Below the pieces are notes generated by a model, which was not told the DNA's origin, ran no database searches, and saw nothing but the letters and a program-made list of their open reading frames with translations. Source: an uncultured Actinomycetes bacterium (GTDB taxonomy: Bacteria; Actinomycetota; Nitriliruptoria; Nitriliruptorales; Nitriliruptoraceae). From it: a stretch of 32,000 bases of DNA. This document shows, piece after piece, positions 11,232-19,793 of this stretch (position 1 is the first letter of the stretch; each line of letters opens with the position of its first letter). The stretch lies in the NCBI GenBank assembly GCA_963741855.1, contig CAVUJQ010000001.1, forward strand, positions 269,595 to 301,594. Reading direction: 5' to 3'. A program made the position numbers and the translations under genes.

Positions 11232-11928
11232 GGCGCGAGGCGGTGGTGGTCGTCGCCGCCGGCGTCGGCCGCCGGCTCGGCGACCAGGGGCCCCAAGGCG
11301 CTGGTCGACCGTGGCCGGACGGACCCTGCTCGAGCTCGCGCTCCGCGGCGTCCGCGACGCCGGCGTGCGCGACATCGTGGTGGTCCACACGCCCGGCCAC
11401 GAGGACGCGTTCGCGGCCGTGTGCCAGCCGCAGGGCGTCGGCCGGCTCGTGCCCGGCGGGGAGACCCGCACCGACAGCGTCCGCGCCGGCCTCGCCGCGG
11501 TGTCCGACGACGTCGAGGTCGTGGCGACCCACGACGCCGCCCGGGCGCTCACGCCGGCGCGGGTCATCCGAGCCGTGCTCGACACGGTCGCCGGCGACGT
11601 CGTGGCGGCGGCCCCCGGGACCCTGGTGCCCGACACCCTGAAGCGCGCGACCGACGGTCGGGTCGTCGCGACCGTCGACCGCGAGGGCGTCCACGCCGTG
11701 CACACCCCGCAGGCGTTCGTGCCGGCGGTGCTCGCCGCCGCGCTCGACCACGCCGGCGACGCCACCGACGACCTCGCCCTCGTCGAGCGGGCCATCGCCG
11801 ACGGGATCGTCGCCGGCGACGTGCGCCTGGTCGCCGGCTCGCACTGGGACCTCAAGATCACCTACCCCGAGGACCTCGAGGCAGCCGAGGCGCTGCTCGC
11901 CGCCGTGACCCCGCGGGGTGCCCCGTGA
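11228..11928 (+). CDS. ispD: 2-C-methyl-D-erythritol 4-phosphate cytidylyltransferase IspD, with two single-base insertions near 11290-11312 as given
   Basis: A GTG at 11228 overlaps the upstream stop (GTGA). VVVVAAGVGRRLGDQGP is in frame 2, KALVD becomes readable after removing one C, and VAGRTLLELAL...THDAARAL...HTPQAF...DLKITYPEDL follows after removing a second C (ORF 11311-11928). Confidence 0.85.
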
Positions 11929-12419
11929 CCGACGTCCGCATCGGGTCCGGCATCGACGTCCACCCGTTCGCCGCCGACGAGCCCGACCGGCCCCTCGTCC
12001 TCGCCGGGGTGACGGTCGAGGACGGGCCCGGGCTCGCGGGCCACTCCGACGCCGACGTGGTCTGCCACGCCGTCGCGGACGCCCTGCTGGGAGCGGTCGC
12101 GCTCGGCGACCTCGGTGCTCGCTTCGGTGTGGACCGTCCCGAGGTCGCCGGCGCGGACTCGCTCGACGGCCTCCTCGCCGACGTGGTCGCCGACCTGGCC
12201 GCGGCGGGCTGGGAGGTCGGCAACCTCGACGTCACCGTCGTGGCCCAGCGGCCGCGGCTCGCCCCGCACCGCGACGCCATGGTCGCCAACCTCGCGCGTG
12301 TGCTCCGGGTCGAGCCGGCGCGCGTCTCGGTCAAGTTCACGACGACCGACCGCCTCGGGAGCATCGGCCGGGCCGAGGGCATCGCGGCGTGGGCCACCTG
12401 CCTGGTGCGCTCGCGGTGA
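11925..12419 (+). CDS. ispF: 2-C-methyl-D-erythritol 2,4-cyclodiphosphate synthase IspF
   Basis: The GTG start overlaps the ispD stop (GTGA). Motifs: IGSGIDVHPF, GHSDADVVCHAVADALLGA, and FTTTDRLGSIGRAEGIAA. The reading is intact at 164 aa. Confidence 0.93.
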   Translation: MTDVRIGSGIDVHPFAADEPDRPLVLAGVTVEDGPGLAGHSDADVVCHAVADALLGAVALGDLGARFGVDRPEVAGADSLDGLLADVVADLAAAGWEVGNLDVTVVAQRPRLAPHRDAMVANLARVLRVEPARVSVKFTTTDRLGSIGRAEGIAAWATCLVRSR

Positions 12420-14054
12420 CCGCGACCCCGGCGTCGGCCGCACCGCCGCTGTCCGCAGGGTGGCTGCAACCGATCGCCACGACGCTGCGGTGGGGGACGA
12501 TCGCGATCGGGTCCGCGCTGCTGCTGCTCGGCCGCCGGCCGGTCGGGACGAGCGTCCTCGTCGCCGGCGGGGTGGTCCTCGCGGCGCTCACGGTCGCGCG
12601 GACCTCGGCGCGACTGCGGGCCACCGCGGTGGCCGCCGACACCGCGCTCGTGATCGAGGTGGCCATCGCGCTCGTCGCCGTGATCGCGACCGGCGGCTGG
12701 TCGAGCCCCTTCGCGGTGTACCTGGCGGCCCCCCTGCTCCTCGTCGGCGTCGAGGGCGGGCTGGCCCGCGCGCTCCAGACCGTGGCCGGGATCACGGTCG
12801 CGTTCATCCTCCGGGAGCTCCTCGACCCGACCTCCGCCCAGCTCCAGGACGCCGGCCAGACCCTGACCGTGATGCTGGCCGCCGGCGCCGCCGGCTACGT
12901 CGCCCGTCGCGCGCTGCTCCAGGCCGAGGAGGAGCACGAGCGCACGCTGGGCCGCGTCCAGCAGCTCGGGCACGTGAACGCGATGCTGTCGACGCTCCAC
13001 GACCTCGTCCGCACGATGCCGGCGCCGCTGACCGTCGACGAGATCGTGGGGGTGATCCGCCGGCAGCTCGACGAGCTGTTCGACGCCGGCGCGGTGGTGC
13101 TGCTCCTCGCCGACGGTGGCGGCCGGCGCTGGCGCCCGGTCTACGCCGAGGGCATCCGCCTGAACGACGACCTCGGGGAGGAGGACCTGCCGGCCCCGGT
13201 CCGTGCCCGCGGCCCGCACCAGCGTCCCGTGGTCGTCGACGAGCTCGCTCCGGGGGAGGGGCTGTGGTCCGAGGCCCGCAGCGGCGCGTACCTGTGGCTG
13301 TGGCTGCGCGGCCAGCCCTCGGGGTTGCTCGTCCTCGAGCACGACCACCCGCGCGGCACCCTCACCGACCAGCACGACACCCTCGAGCGGCTGAGCGTCC
13401 CGCTGGCGTTGGCGATCGACAACGCGGTGTGGTTCACGCGGTTGCGGACCATCGGCGCCGAGGAGGAGCGACAGCGCATCGGCGCCGCGCTCCACGACCG
13501 CTTCGCCCAGTCGCTGGTCTACATCGCGATGTCGCTCGACCGGACCGTCGGGCAGCACCCCGACGATCCCGACCTCGCCCGGCTGCGGACCGACGTCCGC
13601 GACACCCTCGCCGACCTCCGGGAGACCCTCCGCGAGCTGCGGCTGCGCGTCACCGAGGAGCACGACCTCGTCGCCGTCCTCACCGACCACCTCGACCGCT
13701 TCGGGGCCCGGTTCGGGGTCGTGACCCGGCTCGAGGTGCGGGGCGACCCGGTCCGCCCGGCCCTGCCGGTCGAGCAGCAGCTGCTCCGGATCGTGCAGGA
13801 CCTGTTCGAACCTCGCCCAGCGGGAGGCGGGTGCGACGACGATCTCGGTGACCTACGCGACGGGGCCGGGGTGGCTGCGTATCGTCGTGTCCGACGACGG
13901 GCGGGGGGTCGCCGTGCAGGACCTCGGCACCGAGGCGGCCGAGCGGATCGCGGCGGTCCGGGAGCGCGCGGACGCCGTCGGCGCGACCGTCGAGGTCACG
14001 ACCGAGACCGACGTGGGAACCGAGGTGCAGGTGACGGTGCGAGGGCTCATGTGA
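12416..14054 (+). CDS. Membrane-bound GAF-domain sensor histidine kinase (HisKA_3/NarX-DesK type), with one frame break near 13820 as given
   Basis: The GTG start overlaps the ispF stop (GTGA). It has several N-terminal TM helices, a GAF-like middle region, and the H-box EEERQRIGAALHDRFAQSL. The ATPase part shifts frame at RIVQDLFE / LAQREAGATTISVTYATGPGWLRIVVSDDGRG (ORF 13848-14054). Confidence 0.8.
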
Positions 14055-14698
14055 CCCGGGTCCTGCTCGTCGACGACCACCGCCTCGTGCGCGAGGGCCT
14101 GCGACGCACGCTCGAGGACGCCGGCTTCGAGGTCGTGGGCGAGGCCGCCGACGGCGCGGACGGCATCGAGCAGGCCGAGCGGCTGCGTCCGCACGTGATC
14201 CTCATGGACGTCTCGATGCCGGTCGTCGACGGGTTGACGGCCACCCGCCGGCTGCGGTCGCGCGCCCCCGACAGCGCCGTCGTCATCCTCACGATGCACG
14301 CGGACGCCGAGCTCGCCGAACGGGCGCGCACCGCCGGCGCGGCCGGCTACCTCGTGAAGGACGCCTCCGGCGACGAGGTGGCCGAGGCGGTGCGGCGCGC
14401 GGCGCGGGGACAGCAGGTGGTGGCCCCGGTCGCGGGGCCCGCCGCCGCCGCCACGGCCGAGGACGCCGAGACGCGTGCCGGCGGCGACGCGGCCGGCAGC
14501 CTCACCTCGCGCGAGGTCCAGATCCTGCAGATGCTGGCCGACGGCTGCACCCCCCAGGAGACCGCCGAGCGGCTGTTCATCAGCCCCAAGACGGTCCGCA
14601 ACCACCTGACCAAGGTCTACGACAAGCTCGGGGTCAACAGCCGCTCGCAGGCCATCGTCGAGGCCCTCAAGTTCGGCCTGATCGACCTACCGAGCTAG
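14051..14698 (+). CDS. NarL/LuxR family two-component response regulator
   Basis: The GTG start overlaps the kinase stop (ATGTGA). Receiver motifs VLLVDDH and ILMDVSMP, plus the LuxR HTH segment LTSREVQILQMLADGCTPQETAERLFISPKTVRNHLTKVYDKLGV. Confidence 0.9.
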   Translation: MTRVLLVDDHRLVREGLRRTLEDAGFEVVGEAADGADGIEQAERLRPHVILMDVSMPVVDGLTATRRLRSRAPDSAVVILTMHADAELAERARTAGAAGYLVKDASGDEVAEAVRRAARGQQVVAPVAGPAAAATAEDAETRAGGDAAGSLTSREVQILQMLADGCTPQETAERLFISPKTVRNHLTKVYDKLGVNSRSQAIVEALKFGLIDLPS

Positions 14699-14767
14699 CG
14701 GGTCCGGACCCTCCTGCCCCGCCGGTTACGCTCCAACCCGTCCGCCTCGTGCCGAGCAGGAACCCTG

Positions 14768-16209
<1,442 letters not shown>

Positions 16210-16213
<4 letters not shown>

Positions 16214-17001
16214 GCCGCCAGCGTGGACGACCACGCCAACGGCGCGACGACCAGCCGGACCAGCGCCTGGTCGTGGGGCTGCACCCGGTCCGGGAGCTCC
16301 TGCGGGCGGGCGCGGAGCTGCGCTCGATCCACGTCTCGGGGGCGCGGGACGGCTCCGAGGTGCTCGACGAGATCCTCACCCTCGCGGCCGAGGCGCGCGT
16401 ACGGGTGGTCGACAGCGACCGCGACGCGATCGACGAGCTGGCCGAGGGGCTGGTGCACCAGGGCGTGGTCGCGATCGCCCCGCCGTTCCCCTACGCGGAG
16501 CTGCCGACGGTCCTCGCCCGCGCCGAGGCCGCCGGCGAGAAGCCGCTCCTCGTGGCCCTGGACGGGGTCACCGATCCGCACAACCTCGGCTCCATCGCCC
16601 GGACGGCCGAGGCGGTCGGCGCGCACGGGCTGATCGTCCCGGCCCGGCGCGCCGCCGGGGTCACGCCGGTGGCGGAGAAGGCGGCAGCTGGGGCGCTCGC
16701 GCACGTACCGCTCGTGCGCGTACCGAACCTCGTGCGCGCCCTGAAGGACCTGGGGAACGCTGGCGTGTGGTCGGTGGGGCTCGATGCGGACGCTCCGGAC
16801 ACGATCCACCACTGTCCGTTGCTCGACCAGTCGGTCGTCCTCGTAGTCGGAAGTGAGGGCAGGGGACTAGCCCGACTTAGTCAGGTACAGTGCGACACGC
16901 TCGTGAACCTCCCGATGCGTGGACGCGTCGGGTCGCTGAACGCCTCGGTCGCCGCTGCTGTCGCGCTGTACGAGATCCTGCGGCGGCGGGACCAGGCCTA
17001 G
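16210..17001 (+). CDS. rlmB: 23S rRNA (guanosine-2'-O)-methyltransferase RlmB / TrmH-family SpoU methyltransferase
   Basis: The ATG overlaps the cysS stop (ATGA). SpoU motifs DGVTDPHNLGSIARTA, VVGSEGRGL and IPM-type LPMRGRVGSLNASVAAAVALYE. The position after cysS matches the conserved synteny. Confidence 0.88.
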
Positions 17002-17145
17002 ACGATCCGGCGAGGCGCCCGGACGCGACGTGTAGCCACGTCCATCCGATCACGGCCCCGGCCGTAACCGCGCGCCATCCCGCCTCGTTGGGGAGAACGA
17101 ACAGGGCCGCTCGCACTCCCTCGAGCGAGCGGCAGGGAGACGTGC

Positions 17146-17823
17146 ATGGCACAGCCACGGACGGCCACGGTCCACCGGTCGACGACCCTCCGGTTCGCGG
17201 AGCCGGCGACCGGTCCCCTCGGTGACGAGCAGCTCGTCGACCGGGCCCGGTCGGGTGACGAGCGGGCTCTGGCCGAGCTCCTCGACCGCTACCGGCGCTT
17301 CGCCCGCGCCAAGGCGCGCGCCTACTTCCTGGTCGGCGGCGATCGCGAGGACATCATCCAGGAGGGGATGATCGGCCTCTACAAGGCGATCCGCGACTTC
17401 GATGCCAAGCACGGCGCCTCCTTCCGCTCCTTCGCCGAGCTCTGCATCACCCGCCAGGTCCTCACCGCCATCAAGACGGCGACCCGGCAGAAGCACTCCG
17501 CGCTCAACTCCTACGTCTCCTTCGACCGGCCCAAGGACGACGACCCGGACCGCACCCTCGGCGACACCCTCGCCTGCGAGGAACAGATCGACCCGCTCGA
17601 GCAGCTCGTCGCCTCCGACGCGATGCGCTCGCTCAAGTCGACCTTCGACGAGGTGCTCTCCGACCTCGAGGCCGACGTCCTCGGCCTCTACGTCGAGGGG
17701 CGCAGCTACCAGGAGATCGCGGAACGGCTCGGCCGTCACGTGAAGTCGATCGACAACGCCCTGCAGCGCATCAAGCGCAAGCTCGAGCACGCGCTCGCCG
17801 GTCGGCAGCCCACCGAGGTCTGA
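17146..17823 (+). CDS. Sigma-70 family sigma factor resembling Bacillus SigH/Spo0H
   Basis: Intact 225 aa. From memory it is near-collinear with B. subtilis SigH: YRRFARAKARAYFLVGGDREDIIQEGMIGLYKAIRDFD, FAELCITRQVLTAIKTATRQKH, LSDLEADVLGLYVEGRSYQEIAERLGRHVKSIDNALQRIKRKLE. A GGGAGA Shine-Dalgarno lies upstream. This is not the actinobacterial ECF 'SigH'. Confidence 0.85.
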   Translation: MAQPRTATVHRSTTLRFAEPATGPLGDEQLVDRARSGDERALAELLDRYRRFARAKARAYFLVGGDREDIIQEGMIGLYKAIRDFDAKHGASFRSFAELCITRQVLTAIKTATRQKHSALNSYVSFDRPKDDDPDRTLGDTLACEEQIDPLEQLVASDAMRSLKSTFDEVLSDLEADVLGLYVEGRSYQEIAERLGRHVKSIDNALQRIKRKLEHALAGRQPTEV

Positions 17824-17876
17824 CACGCGGGTAACGTCGCTGGTCTCTCGACGTCGAACCACAGACGAGGACCCGC

Positions 17877-19793
17877 GTGCGACCCCAGGACCTCTCCCTC
17901 CTCGCGACCCCCAGCGACCCGCAGCTGCACCCTGACGGGGTGCGGGTCGCCTTCACCGTCGCCACCCCCGACCTCGACGGGGACCGCTACGTGTCGCGCG
18001 TGCACCTCTTCGACGGCACCGCGACCCGCGTCCTCACCCACGGTCCGTCGGACTCGGCCCCGCGGTGGTCGCCGGACGGATCCTGGCTGGCGTTCCTCCG
18101 CAAGGGGGAGGAGGACGGCGCCAAGCCGCAGGTGGTCGTGATGTCCGCGGACGGCGGCGAGGCGCAGCCCGTCACCGACCTGGCCCTGGGGGCCAGCGCG
18201 CTCGCGTGGGCGCCCGACTCCGACCGTCTCGTCGTGGTGGCGGCGACCTACACGAGCGAGCTCGCCGACCTCGACGACGACGAGCGCAAGCGCCGTCCCC
18301 GTCGGATCACCCGTCTGCCCTACCGCTTCGACAACCGGGGCTGGGTCCACCAGCGACGCGAGCACCTGTTCCTCGTCGACCGTGTGGGGACCCCCGGCGA
18401 CGAGCGCTGTCTCACCCCGGGCGACGAGTTCGAGGAGGGGCTGCCCGCGTGGGCGCCGGACGGCGCCACGGTCGCGTTCACGAGCGCCCGTCACGACGAC
18501 CGCGAGCTGCGCCCCGGCGCGACGATCCACGAGCTCGACGTCGACACCGGGGAGGTGCGCGAGCGCAGCGGCGTCGGCGACTGGAGCGGCCTCGCCTACG
18601 CACCCGACGGGACGCTGCTGGCCGTGGGGATCCCCGACGCGGGTGACTGGCCGACCCCGATCGGGATCCACCGCGTGACCGACGCCGGCGTGGAGCCGCT
18701 CGCGTCCGGCCTCGACCGGCAGGTCGTCACCGGGTCGGAGCTCACCGTGCTCGACGACGGCCGGGTCGTGATCCGCTACGAGGACCGTGGACGGGTGGTC
18801 GCCGCGACCGTCCGCGACGGGCTCGTCGAGGAGGTCGTCGGGGGAGACCGTCAGGTCACCGGCGTCGCGGCCCGTCCCGACGGGAGCGCCTTCGCCGTGA
18901 CCGTGACCGACCCGTCCGACCCCGGCGAGCTGTGCTGGATCGAAGGCGGCGACGAGCGGGTCGTCTCCGCGGTCAACGCCCGCTTCCGGGACGAGGTCGG
19001 GCTGACCCCGACCCGCACGCTCACCTTCGAGCGCGCCGGCGCCGAGCTCGACGCGTGGCTCCTCGTGCCCGAGGGCGACGGCCCGTTCCCGCTGCTGCTC
19101 AACATCCACGGCGGTCCGACGGCGCAGTACGGCCACGGGTTCTTCGACGAGTTCCAGGTCTACGCGGCCGCGGGCTACGCCGTCGTCGGCACCAACCCGC
19201 GGGGCTCGTCGGGGCGCGGCCGGGACTGGATGCGCGCGATCGTCGGGACCTGGAGCGACAACGACTCCGTCGACATGCTCGACCTGCGGGCGGCCGTGGA
19301 CGCCGCCCTCGCCGCCGATGACCGCATCGACCCCGACCGGCTGGGGATCATGGGGGGTTCCTACGGCGGCTACGCCACCGCCCGCATCATCGCCAGCGAC
19401 CACCGCTTCGACGCGGCCATCGTCGAGCGCGGGCTCCTCCAGTGGGAGTCGTTCTGTGGGACCTCCGACATCGGGCCCTACTTCGACCGCATGTTCCTCG
19501 GGACGAGCCTGGACGAGGACCCGGCCGTCCACCGGGACGCGAGCCCGGTCGGGCTCGCGTCCCGGGTGACCACGCCGACGCTGGTGCTCCACTCCGAGGA
19601 GGACTGGCGCTGCCCGATCGAGCAGGGTGAGCAGCTGTTCGGGGCGCTCAAGCGAGCCGGCGTCGAGACCGAGATGGTCCGCTTCCCGGGCGAGGGCCAC
19701 GAGCTGTCACGCTCGGGCGCCCCGAAGCACCGGGTCGAGCGCTTCGAGGTCGTCCTCGACTGGCACGACCGCCACCTCGCCGGCGGCGCCTGA
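17877..19793 (+). CDS. S9 family serine peptidase (prolyl oligopeptidase / acylaminoacyl-peptidase type) with an N-terminal beta-propeller
   Basis: Intact 638 aa. Propeller repeats (WSPDGSWLAF, WAPDSDRL, WAPDGATVAF), the nucleophile elbow GGSYGGY, and the later EEDWRCP and GEGHEL segments that carry the Asp and His. Confidence 0.85.
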   Translation: MRPQDLSLLATPSDPQLHPDGVRVAFTVATPDLDGDRYVSRVHLFDGTATRVLTHGPSDSAPRWSPDGSWLAFLRKGEEDGAKPQVVVMSADGGEAQPVTDLALGASALAWAPDSDRLVVVAATYTSELADLDDDERKRRPRRITRLPYRFDNRGWVHQRREHLFLVDRVGTPGDERCLTPGDEFEEGLPAWAPDGATVAFTSARHDDRELRPGATIHELDVDTGEVRERSGVGDWSGLAYAPDGTLLAVGIPDAGDWPTPIGIHRVTDAGVEPLASGLDRQVVTGSELTVLDDGRVVIRYEDRGRVVAATVRDGLVEEVVGGDRQVTGVAARPDGSAFAVTVTDPSDPGELCWIEGGDERVVSAVNARFRDEVGLTPTRTLTFERAGAELDAWLLVPEGDGPFPLLLNIHGGPTAQYGHGFFDEFQVYAAAGYAVVGTNPRGSSGRGRDWMRAIVGTWSDNDSVDMLDLRAAVDAALAADDRIDPDRLGIMGGSYGGYATARIIASDHRFDAAIVERGLLQWESFCGTSDIGPYFDRMFLGTSLDEDPAVHRDASPVGLASRVTTPTLVLHSEEDWRCPIEQGEQLFGALKRAGVETEMVRFPGEGHELSRSGAPKHRVERFEVVLDWHDRHLAGGA

